Position numbers and translations under genes: made by a program. Below the pieces are notes generated by a model that made no database searches, was not told where the DNA came from, and was given only the letters and a program-made list of their open reading frames with translations. From Pseudovirgaria hyperparasitica (taxonomy: Eukaryota): a stretch of DNA of 64,000 bases. Of the stretch, positions 38,622 to 50,475 are shown piece after piece. Location: assembly GCA_010093815.1 (NCBI GenBank), contig ML996573.1. One strand, given 5' to 3'. Each line of letters opens with the position of its first letter. Positions within the stretch are counted from its first letter, which is position 1.

Positions 38622-39827
38622 GCCTTGACGGTAGTAATGAAAATGCAAGAAACCGACGGCGTATATATAACGTGATATACATATGTATATATAGTCAACG
38701 AGAGAGCATTGTATTTTAACAATATCTCAAAACACACCAACCCCTTCCAAAGTGTAACTCTACAAAGTAATCCCTATCTTGATTCAACATCAGTAGTAGA
38801 AACTGTGAATGGTAGCTGATAACTAGGAATATCGGGTTCGACATTATGTACGTGTTGTGGGATCCCTTGTTCGTTGTGCTGATGGTGTTGATTGAAATAT
38901 ACGGCCACGATCACGAACTACAAGACTCACGCATTCTACAGCATATGAGACGCTCGATATCCGCCGGACAACCAGCCCAAATTAATGTACTCGGGATTGT
39001 ATTTTTGTCGGAGCTCACTCCATTCCTGGCTTGAGGATCGGTTTCAGAATCGTCCTGGTCTTTACATCGTCGAGCCTTCGTTTTCTGCTATCTGTGATGT
39101 GCGTGCCGATTGTGGCAGCGCCTCTACGCGTGAAGTACGGTGTTGAGTAAAGCGAGACAGTGCTCGGCCTCTGACTCAGCCCTTTCCATTTGGCAAGTGT
39201 TGCTCAACTGGGTGCTGGAACTGTCAGTGATGATTTTTTTACGTCCAGCAACTGAAGGGCTCTTCTGCACGCTTGCTATGATCATACATGTCCTGGATGG
39301 CCGATATGACGGGTGGAGTATTGGTCTCTGACGTTGTAACCCGTGTTGTGGCGCACGATGGTGGCTGTAGCCGTACGATAGTCACAGATCTCGTCCTCAA
39401 GAATCTCAAATGTTTTGGAAACGCTATCTTACGACCGCCTTCATAAGCGATGGTGATATAGTCATAGGAAATTATCGCATTGATACGAATGCCATCTGGT
39501 CCAGTCGGAGCAATTCATCGAGGCACATTCGTGGCATCTTGGGAAGGCCCAAGAAAGAAAGCGTCTACTCGAGAATGTCAGGGAGCTTGGGATATTGTTA
39601 TACAGCCGCGGGATCCGTGATGTTTACTGGTTGGCTGTTTGACACCATATGAGCCATGAAGTTTGACATGCAAGTATATCTCCACGTATCGCTGTCACAC
39701 ACAGCAAGCTGATTAGACAAAACGAAGTGGCATATGAATTGCCTAGTTTCATTCGTAGTTTGCTTTTAGATTTTGTAACTATACAGTCTATTAGCAAATC
39801 AACCATGCAATAGTTGTACAATCCGCC

Positions 39828-40955
39828 CTAGAGCATTCCTTTGCGCCATGCCTTCGTGCCAAGATCTTCGATCTCTTTGTAATCCACTATTCCCTTTAGA
39901 TCTTTTGTTTCCAAAGCCTCAACCACTGCCTCAGCAACGATGTCAGCCTTAAGAGGTTTCAGACCGCCTGCGCCCATTAACCATGTTAGACGATTGCCGG
40001 TCAAAGAATTCACCATAGAAGCCATGCCCCCAGCAACAGCTATAGGTAATGTGAACGTCCGAGAGGAGTCATAGAGAAAAGTTGGGCGGACGAAGAGGCT
40101 TCGCATGGAGGGAAATTTCGATGCTATGATCGATTCAGCTTCGCGCTTCGTGGTGATGTATCTTCCTGGAAGTATTGGTGCACCAGCAGCTGCAGATATG
40201 TATACGAAAGCCGGTACTTTGACTTCAGCGGCCTCTTTGGCTAAGAGGATGGCCGTGTCACGGTTCATGACTTCATAAGTGAGTTGTCCGTCCTTTTCTT
40301 GTGGCGAAAAGGTTTCTCCGGATTTCGAATCCAAGGGGTTCTGAGTGCCTTGCTTCGTCGAGCTAAAGGCTCGCTGTAAGCCCTGCCATGGTGACTCTTT
40401 GCCCTGCAATACTCCTTTATAGTCTGCTTCAAGCAATATCCCCATAGAATGTACTACGGCATAGGCACCTTCGAGATGCGATCGATAGGTAGAGGGTTGG
40501 AGGATGTTGGCCTTTTGCCATACGACAGACTTCGACCATGCCGGTGCTTCGGCAGAGGACGAGACTGATGACCACGTCGGCTCACCAGAGCGACTAAGTG
40601 CGAGTCAGTAATTCGTTTGCATGCAGTCATTGACGCCTCTGAGAACTTTGATCGGCGTGGGTCAAGCTAGTAGAATGAACCTGTGAATGCTTTGAAGACT
40701 GAATGCATCTTTCGTGAAATATGAACAATGAGATCACTACTCACCTTAAAGAAGTGACACTCCATCCTCGTGCAATTGCAGCTTTGCATATGCGAGTCCC
40801 TAAGCTTCACATCAGCGCCTGTAATCGCGGCCCATGCAGGTAGATGAAGCCTTGCTCCACTACCGGTCGCTAATGCAACCAGAATCAGCAAGCGACTCAC
40901 CCAAAAACCCGTTACCGCCACAGACGACCAGCTTCTTCTTTGCAGCAGAGGCCAT
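39828..40955 (-). CDS. Atypical SDR / NAD-dependent epimerase family, Coq11 (YLR290C)-like (2 introns)
   Basis: KKLVVCGGNGFLG-SRICKAA...VTSL-SRSGEP...VHSMGILLEADYK...YITTKREAE...RPTFLYD. Confidence 0.85.
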
Positions 40956-41513
40956 AGTTGTCACAGCAGGTGCATTGCCACTCTGGTGAATGAGCGGATG
41001 AAGTTTCGATGGGCTTGAGGAAGTGTTGACATCAGAGAAGCGAGCTAGCGGAGCTGCAACAGTGCAACAGGGCGTCTGGGCTGCAGGGATCACCTCCCTC
41101 CGCAGGCTCAGGCAGGTCTTTTGTTCGCTGTACAGTAATAGATGCCTCCACGCCGAACGACACGCGCCTCGTCCCCAGGCTCTGCGGGAGACTTGGACGC
41201 CTTTCTCGACCCTAAGACGGCCAAACAGCTCAGCAGTACCTTCAACGACTCCTACTACGACCGCAACAAGTCGCGTACCTCCTCAGCACCAAGCGCCAGT
41301 GGACCATCGATACCCAAGAAAGGCGCTGCGAAGAAAGGTACGTTACTGCGGTAGCCCCCCACACGCGCTTCAGCCAGTTTCAGAGCAAGAGGGGCAAAGA
41401 AGGCTACCTAGGTGCCAATCACCACCCTTCGTGCCCAGAATTATTTCGCGGCGAAGACAAACAACATTTCCACTTGCACATCGCAAAGGATCCGGCGCTG
41501 ACTTGTTCTCGCC

Positions 41514-42421
41514 ATGCCAGCTCCCGCAGGTACCAAGCGCGTCAAGGTACTATAGTTCACCCTCGTATCGTACTCAATAGTCGCATGCTAACGGCAGCCA
41601 GGGCAAGCGCATAACTCGAAGCTTCAGTACGTTCGCGACCTCCTGCTCGCGCACACACCTGCTCACTCAGAATTACAGTCATCGGATCCGAATCATGGCC
41701 ACTCGATGACACCAACCGCCATGAGGGCATTCCCAAAGATCACACCAAAGGCTGGCGTGTATATATCAAGAACATCGAAGGCGGGCCCGACATCACGACA
41801 TGGCTACAGAAAGTGCAGTTCAAGATCTTCCACTCGTACCCGAATCCTCATCGCATGATAGATAAGTGCAAGGATCAGTGCTTCGAGGTCCGCGAGACGG
41901 GCTGGGGCGGCTTCAATATCGACCTTCGGCTATTCTTCCAACCCGTCGCGCACGAGAAGCCGCAGTACCGCCTGCATTTCCTTCAGCTAGAGCCGTACGG
42001 GACAGAGGCAGACAAGCTCGAGCAAGTCGAGAAGAAGATGGTGCGCAGCGAAATTTGCGAAATGATAGAATTCAATGAGCCGACCGAGGCCTTTTTCAAT
42101 GCGCTCACAGACCCCAAGCAATTCGACTATCTGTCGAAGGACAAACATAAGGGCAAGAAAGGCGTCGGCACATTCGGGCTCGGATATAGTGTCGAACTTG
42201 CGGAACAAACGACACCGACAAATCCATATACGAAGGAGCTGGAAAGAAAACAGGTGCAGACCTTTGAGGCAGCGGAGAAGGTGGTTGAAAGATTGATGAT
42301 CGAGGAGAAAGGGCATACCGAGGAAATGGCGAAGCGCAAAGCGGCGCTGAAAGAGGAGGAGCGAAAGGTGCTGGCGGAGCTGGAAACTGTGCGTGCCGCG
42401 AAAAGGGCTGCTGCGGCATGA
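41514..42421 (+). CDS. YAF9: YEATS-domain protein Yaf9 (NuA4/SWR1 subunit); possible extra upstream exon at 41142-41337
   Basis: MPAPAGTKRVK-GKRITRSF-...HTKGWRVYIK...KVQFKIFHSYPNP...FEVRETGWGGF, with a coiled-coil C-terminus. Confidence 0.85.
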
Positions 42422-44318
42422 TGAAGCTCTGTATGTTATCACTTCCGATTCAGGGGCGTTCTGGGGATAGGCGTTCGTCAGAAAAGACGGGTATACTACG
42501 TGGCAGCCTGGCGTCTCACACTACTAGGAATCATATGAGAGTTGGTGCTTGTAAATATTTTAGTTCACATCTCCAGAAATATACGCACTGTCTAATTCCA
42601 CCTGCCCTTTCTCCTATTCACGCTATCCGCACTATCATGAATTGATTTGCTTCATGAAACACATCACAACACCCTGAATCAGGAGATAGCCCGACTCAGG
42701 CATTGGCGCTACTGTTGGTGTCGGCTTCTCAGCTATTCTTGTTCACCTGACGGTAATCTGCTGAGCCAGTTCATGCAAGAATTCTTCTGTTCAATAATCC
42801 CCGGGCTTTGGTGCTGGATCCTCATGGTCTAGACTCGTACCTGAGTGATTGATCATGGCGCGCGGCACGTTCTATCATTGTGCTGCAGGTACGAATCATG
42901 CCATTAAGTTCCCTAAGAATGATATCACATGCAAGTCCCATTGAGATTTGAACGAGTATACCAGCATTACCGGTACTAATCAGTCTTTACTCGAGGGCAT
43001 ATCCTATTTTAGATCCTACTGTGTGGTGATTGCCAGCCATTCCACAAACATGCACTGGACTAAATCGCAAGTAACCAGAGTGCGACGACGATTTATCGTC
43101 AACAACGTCGATTTGAGAGGCAAGGCGCGGGCGGGAATTGGAATCACTCAAGGGGCCAGAAAGCCTTGTGTTGTTTTCAGTAAGAAATTTTCTACGCGGT
43201 AGGTAGCGTGGCATAATGATAGAATGACACACGCGATCGGTTGGAGGGTGCACGTAACATTGCGATAGTTTGCTGTTCTATTGGCCAGACGACACTGTTC
43301 TGTGTTATGGATCTTGAAATCGCCTATGATCATGTTCGTAAATACGAGACTAAGCTCAGGTAGACGCTGTACAGACCAGCCTCGAAATGGATTGCCTGTT
43401 CTATCTTTTGCTTCGGTCTCCAATGACTATCGTTCTCGAATACAACAGTTCAACTGATTCATCTTGAAGACTCTATACCATAGTGTGAAGAAGTTCTATT
43501 TCTGGCACAGCCCCCAACGTGTTTTAGTACGCTCACTTATTTTATTTTGTCGGCCGAGCTAGGATACATGGATGGACACGTTTCTGCTCGGCAAACGTTT
43601 TTGAGTCTTCGCCGTAGGAACCTATCGAGTCTTTTGTCCAACGAAGATTTGAAACCAAAGGATGTGATCCCCCAAACTGACAGCGCGGAAAGAAAGGTCG
43701 CACTCACTGACATCCTATAGTTCCCGCAAACCACTCGGTCGCATTCACTCACGAGTACACGTGCACCATTATGTGCATATGGCTTTACAGCGACTTCTTA
43801 GACTCCTTGAACCTCTCTATTTGACGTCCCAAATTGGGTCTGGCTATATCCTGTGATCATCCTGTCCTTCGATTTGTCCCTGAAGTTTCCTAAGCTTAGG
43901 GCGTCGGCTGTCATCATCACTCCGCCCAGATTATCGGCTTACATGCAGGTACGGCCCGCCTGTAGGTACTGCACTTGAAAATAGACCAGGACCAGGCTAT
44001 GGCATAATCTCAATGGGGCGTGCAAGATTATGTTGGATGTTTCATGATGGATTATGTTCCATTGTCGCCCCGCAATCCATACAACGTTCTCATTTGCCAA
44101 GCGTCATGTTGGTATTCGTGGACATAGTGCGCCGCTCTATCCCTATCAAATCTTACAAGCGACAGACCTATGTGCTGTACTCATTCCTGAATCAGCATGT
44201 TGCTCACATCGCATAATCGCGGAACGCACCTCCAGGGCTAACGAGGCGTTCCATGGATTTATCTGACCATCCGCGCATCTCAGGGCTAGGCATTTCTGGC
44301 GACATGTTGTAGTCGTAC

Positions 44319-44325
44319 TATATAA
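44319..44325 (+). promoter_or_regulatory. TATA box upstream of the secreted Bys1-like gene
   Basis: TATATAA about 290 bp upstream of the ATG at 44613. Confidence 0.5.
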
Positions 44326-44458
44326 GGCCTTGCAATGCCACAGTAAGTTGATTTATTTGTCGGCCACCACTTGTTTTTCAATCCTCCATCTGAGTCGCAA
44401 AAGCACACGACCTGTTGCAATAATACCATACCAACGCATTGCCTACGTTGTGCATCGG

Positions 44459-44609
44459 ACCTTCTTCTTTCTATCCACAAGATCAAACCCTCCTTCTTTT
44501 CATCTATCCTCGAGGTCAAAACCTTCTTGTTTCTTTCCACAAGATCAACCTCTTCCTTCTTTCTATCCACAGGTCCAAATCCCTCTTCATTCTATCCACA
44601 GGATCAGAC
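44459..44609 (+). repeat. Five degenerate ~28-33 bp tandem repeats (core TTCTATCCACA(A/G)GATCA)
   Basis: Units: ccttcttctttctatccacaagatcaaa / ccctccttcttttcatctatcctcgaggtcaaa / accttcttgtttctttccacaagatcaa / cctcttccttctttctatccacaggtccaaat / ccctcttcattctatccacaggatcagac. Confidence 0.8.
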
Positions 44610-44612
44610 AAC

Positions 44613-45338
44613 ATGATCTCCAAGGCTTCATTTTTCCTCCTCGCTGTTTCCATATTGGCTGGCAACCCCACCGCAGCCAATGTTCTGCCTGCTCCAGGAG
44701 CGCCCCTTTCCGAATATGCCAATCTGACCCTCGCTGGAGAAGCTATCATTGTCAACAACTGCCCTTTCGACGTCTTTGCGTACTCCGTAGACTGTGACAG
44801 AGGGTTCACCGCAGCTGAAGAATTCATTGTCCGAAAACGCAGCGTTTACAAGGAGCCAATTCGGATCCCTTCTAACCTAGGGGGAATCTCTATCAAAATC
44901 AATACCATGAGCACTGCTGGACCTGCGCAAGTCATCACCCAGCTCGAGTACACTGTCGCACCCCCAACACCATACAGCGCAGATCCCGGGGTCTTCAAGA
45001 TGCCTGGCATGATCTACTACGACCTTTCATTTGTCGACTGTGCTATGTCGGCTGCTACTGGTGCAGAGCGCTGTCCTCTCTGGGTAAATGGTCTTGCCGC
45101 AATCTGTGATGGTGAAGATGAAGGCTGCGAAAATTTGGTCTGCCCGCCCAATACTGAGTGTCCATCAGCGGCATACTACGACCCGAGCGGGTCCGCGTCG
45201 GTCAGGCTTCAGCCGGACGGTACCTACAAGAATCAGCAGCCAAACTCAGCGGTTGTAGGCCTGGATAAATCCATCCGCTTCACGCTGTGCGAATCGACAA
45301 GTGCTCTCAAAAGGGGTGCCACAAGCTTTATCGCATAG
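44613..45338 (+). CDS. Secreted Cys-rich Bys1/thaumatin-like protein
   Basis: Signal peptide MISKASFFLLAVSILA, then AIIVNNCPFDVFAYSV, GGISIKI, ITQLEYT, YYDLSFVDC and several Cys. Confidence 0.75.
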   Translation: MISKASFFLLAVSILAGNPTAANVLPAPGAPLSEYANLTLAGEAIIVNNCPFDVFAYSVDCDRGFTAAEEFIVRKRSVYKEPIRIPSNLGGISIKINTMSTAGPAQVITQLEYTVAPPTPYSADPGVFKMPGMIYYDLSFVDCAMSAATGAERCPLWVNGLAAICDGEDEGCENLVCPPNTECPSAAYYDPSGSASVRLQPDGTYKNQQPNSAVVGLDKSIRFTLCESTSALKRGATSFIA

Positions 45339-46588
45339 GCAGTTTCTTCTTGCTGTTGTTGCATTCTTTCTTCCCTAAAGCAAAATATCGAAAAAAAACT
45401 GGGCATACCCAAGCGAGGTGTTCTTTTGGATGATTATATACCCCATTATTCCACTTATTGCTAGAATTTTAGCAGTTATTGTACATACGAGGTGAGGCGG
45501 TACTTTACATCTAGACTACTTAAAAACACAATAAAAAAGAGTCAAGTACATCATACACTATAGCTCGCACTCTGTAACTATATGCTAATATCGCATTGGC
45601 AACTCCATGTATAGGTTTTTTTCTCACCGTGCTGACCGGCATAAACTTATTTTCCACTTTATGCGCACACGCATCAACGTCCAACTTCATGGATTCCAGA
45701 AGGCGTTAGATCGTCCGCCCGACCCGTTCCGCGCTAGCGTCATGACGGCTAGATCCAGGCACGGCCTAGGTTTGTGCTCGAGCCTAGATCTATTTTCATC
45801 CCTTGCATCGCCCCCCAGCCGCCCTGCATGATGAACACACGTCAGACGTCGTTTCATGCGCCCCCCAAAACGTGGTGGCTGTGCCGATCAGTTTCGACGA
45901 TATGTTGGATACAACGCATGTACTGTGGAGATGAAGTTTGGTGTTGGTGGTGGTAGTGGTGGGTGGTGAGCTGAGCTGAGACGTTTGTAGCAGTACCTGT
46001 AGACTTAACGATTACTGTAACCCCACCTATTCAGTGGCTCCCCGCGTCCAAAGTCCATGATTTGCGCCCCTGCGGATTTGCGGTTTTGAGAAGAGATGGT
46101 CTTGAATCTTTCTGCATTGTTTGGTGATAGCAAAACTGTCATTTCACGAATGTTTCAAATCGTAGCAGCACTAGAACTCTTGCATGATGTGTAGCAATGC
46201 GAGTAAAGAAAGCCTTACGAGCAAATTAAAGGAGCAGATAGGCCCCTGTTATATGCCTGGGCATGTTGCCTCAAATGCTTACGATCCATGGCTATGTGAG
46301 ATATACGCGATTTCCATGTGAACCCTCAACCAGGCTTCCTTGACTGATCCCACCATGTGCCTTCAAGAGCGCATTTCCATTCTGACCGTAGCATAGTGAA
46401 TGCTGTGCAGTGTCTCAAATAAGTTCAGTAAACAGATGCTATGTCGTCTCTACTGCACGTGCGTACAGCCGTGGATATCGTTACGAAGGAAGGCATGCAT
46501 TTGCCTGTACTTTCATCGCCCGTTACGCCAAAAAAAGCCGACAGATTTTCCCATCCATTCCATGCCATCCCAAGGTCACGATTGTGTT

Positions 46589-48303
46589 TCATGAAGCACT
46601 GATACTGTCTTTCTTGCCTGGATCCCGATCGTCCACTCCCCCACCCAAGTAGTCTGCACCCTCCGCGTCTTCGTACTCCTTGATCAGATCCGTCGCTACC
46701 TCCCTCGCATCGTCAAACTCTTCGAATCCATCTGCGAACATGGCTTCTCGTTTGTACATCTCCAAGAACGCGTTGCGTTTCCGTAGTCTGTCGTATTGTG
46801 AGACAATGCGTTTGAACAGCGTCGAGATACCGGTATGATTGGCAAGCATCAGGCCGGACACACGATGTGATGACTGAATATATGGCGACTTGCGGGTGAG
46901 TGCGACCTGAATCGATGCTGGTCCCCACGGTATGAATGTTGCTAATCTCCGCTCGCGGATACGGAGAAGCGATTTGTGGACCTATTCTTGTCAGATCATA
47001 ACACTCCACGCTTCATTTGCGACTCACATCTGTTGGGTCAGCCTCGCCTTGAATGATGTTGAGTATAGATATGTAACAACTGGTCTTGCTTGGATTTGTC
47101 GATACCATGCGATTCTTTGGCTGTAACAGCCGCCGCATGACGTCTAGTACTGTTGTCTTTCGGACAGTCTTTGCTTGTTCGATGTTATCACTGGTAAAGG
47201 GGGTATAGGAGGTCATGAGGAAATGGCAGCGCGGCGTCGGGATGAGCGAGGCTACGATGCCTACGAGGTCGTTATGCATATAGCCTGGGTATCGAAGGGT
47301 GGTAGTACTGGCAGACATCACGGTCGAGACAAGCTGATTGGTTTGTTGGAAGGATGGCTCCTGAACGTGGAGTCGGTCTGCTGCTATCCTTGACAGTGCA
47401 CCGTTGTCAAGAACAACCTACAATTGTTAGAGATTCTATCTTTGGAAAGCTGTATCTCCACTTACAACTGAGTCGGCATGTTGTGTCAACCTCTTCATGG
47501 CCAGGAGGCTGTTATAAGGTTGTACGACGACTTCAGAGCTCTGCATATCAGGGAAGACTGAGTATGTTTGGACTAGCTTCTTTGGAAACCTGTCGCTCAG
47601 CCGCTCCAGCATGAAACTACCCATACCAGACCCTGTTCCACCCGCAATTGAGTGTAGTAGCATGAAGCCCTGAACTCGAATTAGTGAACAACGTCTTGTT
47701 CACGGTCTCCTTCCTCTTACCTCTAGTGAATCACTCCCATCTGCCTCGCGATCAATCATGTCTATAACATCATCATAGACCGACTCGCCCATAGAGTAGC
47801 CCTGCGCCCAATTGTTCCCCGCCCCGGTCCCCTCCTTGTGTATGTAGAAATTCTCGGGATTGTAGATGTTCTTGTATGCGCTTTGTTGAATGCCATGGAG
47901 GACTCGAGGTTCTAGATCCAGAAGAATCGCACGTGGAATGTATCTTGTATCATCGGACTGTTCACAAGTCAACATCGCGCGCCTCGCGCACTTATTACAA
48001 GCTGTACCTGGTAAAAGAACACGTCTTTCCTGTCACCGCCTTCAGTCGCAAAGTCTTCGAGATTGCCGTCGCGATTGATTCCATGCTCCTGACATAGTTG
48101 TTGCCAGAATTGACTACCCACTGAAGGCCACTTAGTATTGAGTTTGGAGCGATAGGTTCGTGGTAATGTTTGAGTCTCTTCTTGGAGGGGTATACGCACC
48201 GCTGTTACCACACTGGCCGGCCTGTATAGTGATTATTTCCCTGTTGCTTGCATCAGTCCTCATATCGCGCGTAGCCCCCGATTTCGAGTACGCACCTAGG
48301 CAT
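46589..48303 (-). CDS. TUB4: Gamma-tubulin (multiple introns; 8-nt first exon)
   Basis: [55 protein letters not shown] and [12 protein letters not shown]. Confidence 0.97.
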
Positions 48304-48564
48304 TGTGTGGGCTTGAGTCAAAACTGCGCAGCGATACTCTCTGCCCTGCGTATCAGAAAGTACGATGGATTGACGCGTTTGGTGGGGTCACGGCGCGTCA
48401 GGGTTGCTGCTAACCACACTAAGCTCTCATTGGTGTGGAGGGGCAGCATGGTATGTAAGGCGTGAACGATGATTTTGCTTGTCACAAATCAGGGGTATAT
48501 ATTGACCATTCAGAATTAGACATATTAGTAGGATTACAACTATCTTGAATTCTCATGCTACGTC

Positions 48565-49767
48565 TCACGTCAATAACGCCGTCGCTGTAGATATCCTCTC
48601 CTCCAACAGCTTCGTCGAAGGCTTGCAGTGATGGTTTATAGTAATATATCTCATACTAGCAGTCCTGACAATCTTGACATACTCCTGCGCTATGTCGGCG
48701 AGGGTGTCTACTACACAGCAGATCTCATCCTCTCCGATTGGAGTACGAACTGATTGTTGAACCTGTTGCACTAGACTAGATAATGACATGGAAGCGGTGG
48801 AGTCCCCGCGTCGCTTTTCTTGAGCGATGAGAGTGATGATATCCAAGACCTCTGAAGCTCGCGAAAGGGCTGCTTTTCGGGCAAGCTCCTGCTTGGAGAG
48901 TTGCTTCTTTGGCGACGCAGCAGCGGCTGCTTGCTTAGCTCGGATGCGGTCCAGAAGCGAGGATCCGCGCGATGAAGCAGAAGGAGATGGCGAAGGCGAG
49001 GGTAGGTTTTTGATTTTCTTTGTCGGTGTACTTGGCAGTTTTGCTGATGGTGACCTGGAGCCATTCGACTTGAGCTCTGCATAGAGCAGCTCGCCTCTTC
49101 GTTTGGAAGGGGTGAGTGCCTCTAGTGATGGACTCAGGGTTATAACTGCTCGCGGAAGTTGTTCAATGAACAACGCAACTTGCTCAGAAGACGGGACTTC
49201 CACAGACTTTGCTTTGGTAATGTTGTGACTTTTTGTCGAGATTGATGTTCCTTTTCGGCGCTTCTGAGGAGTGATTGAGGCGTCTTCAATGGTGCGCTTC
49301 CGTTTCTTAGGAGATTCCGGCCCGCTCGAAACGTCCTCGGCCACTTCAGACTGCACTTGAGCAGCGGACCACCTAGACCAGCTACCTTTCAGAGCCTCCT
49401 CGAAGACTTTAAGTAGCCGATCCTCATCAATTTGCCTATCCATAACTGAACCTCTCGTGAGTTCGCCGTCAAGTTCGATGCACACCCTTCCCCGACCATA
49501 GTCAGTAAGTCTAAGCTTCGTGATGCTGGGAGAGGAACATTCAGATGAGCTCTGTAGCTGGCCGATACAGATCTGTATATCATCAACAGTGACCTTTCGC
49601 TTGCGATAAAGTCGAGTCAATGAAGGAACAAGACTGGTTAGATCGACGGGTGCTGATGTTCCATTATGTGCGTAGTGTAAAGATAGCGCAGACAACATGG
49701 AAGAATGGAGTTGGATGAGATGGTTCAATTCGACTGGTAGTTCAACGCCACATGGCGGTTCGGCCAT
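48565..49767 (-). CDS. Cdt1-like DNA replication licensing factor
   Basis: LSLHYAHNG...DYGRGRVCIE winged-helix-like region and SLLDRIRAKQ...RKAALSR...QSVRTPI C-terminal region, recalled from fungal Cdt1-like proteins. Twin MCB boxes upstream. Confidence 0.65.
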   Translation of the reverse strand: MAEPPCGVELPVELNHLIQLHSSMLSALSLHYAHNGTSAPVDLTSLVPSLTRLYRKRKVTVDDIQICIGQLQSSSECSSPSITKLRLTDYGRGRVCIELDGELTRGSVMDRQIDEDRLLKVFEEALKGSWSRWSAAQVQSEVAEDVSSGPESPKKRKRTIEDASITPQKRRKGTSISTKSHNITKAKSVEVPSSEQVALFIEQLPRAVITLSPSLEALTPSKRRGELLYAELKSNGSRSPSAKLPSTPTKKIKNLPSPSPSPSASSRGSSLLDRIRAKQAAAAASPKKQLSKQELARKAALSRASEVLDIITLIAQEKRRGDSTASMSLSSLVQQVQQSVRTPIGEDEICCVVDTLADIAQEYVKIVRTASMRYITINHHCKPSTKLLEERISTATALLT

Positions 49768-49853
49768 TGCGATGAATATTTGGGCGAGTTGATAGAATAA
49801 GACTGGTGTTTATGATGCTTTCTTTGAAGATACTCGTTGGATGATAGAAGAAG

Positions 49854-49876
49854 ACGCGTCGGAAGACGGGACGCGT
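49854..49876. promoter_or_regulatory. Tandem MCB elements (ACGCGT at 49854 and 49871)
   Basis: Two exact ACGCGT 17 bp apart, about 90-110 bp upstream of the Cdt1-like ATG. Confidence 0.65.
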
Positions 49877-50475
49877 AAAGTGGTTTGGAGAACTGCATTA
49901 TTCCGTGTGGCTGGTTAGCGCAGCCACAACTTGGCATCGATGAAACACTAACGACACGTATTACCGTGCTACTGATCATATGCCGCGCAACAAGCCAAGC
50001 AGCTACGATGGGTCTCTCTATATCTTCCAGCGTTTTACGAGTCCGCCACTGGAATCGACGACACTAAGAGCAAAGACAAATGCCCATGTGGCTTCTCTTC
50101 TTTGGCGTTTGAGTTGCGTGACGGGTATATCACGCAGCTTGGCGGAACTCCAAGTACACTCACCCGGTGCTTGAAAAGCTTCATTCGAAAGTCGCTACAT
50201 CACTTAGACTTATCCTTTGACTATATCATACCGTACTGAGCCAATGATGACCCTCGTTCTATCAATTGGCAATAACATACCATCAGGGACAAAGAGAAGC
50301 CAATAAAAGTCAATCTCGAGATACCGGTCGATGCTCATGAGAATTCATTTATACTCGTTGCATATCTAGACTCATGCCAATCCAATCCTCATCCCAGCAA
50401 ACTCTGATACACCTGGTGCCAGAAAGGTGATATAGGTGCAGAGTTTCATTCTTCAGACGTGGTAGAGAATGACTA

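Noticed and set aside
40594..40744. Possible intronic snoRNA in the longer COQ11-like intron (VMA3 introns also examined)
   Set aside because: No convincing C (RTGATGA)/D (CTGA) pair or H/ACA structure by eye. An Infernal/Rfam search would be decisive.
42450..44250. Short ORFs in long intergenic stretches (also 38650-39800, 51200-52450, 60300-61150)
   Set aside because: No recognisable domains, consistent splice structure, transposon motifs or RIP-like AT enrichment.
44459..44609. CRISPR-like array
   Set aside because: Eukaryotic context, degenerate adjacent units with no unique spacers, and no cas genes.
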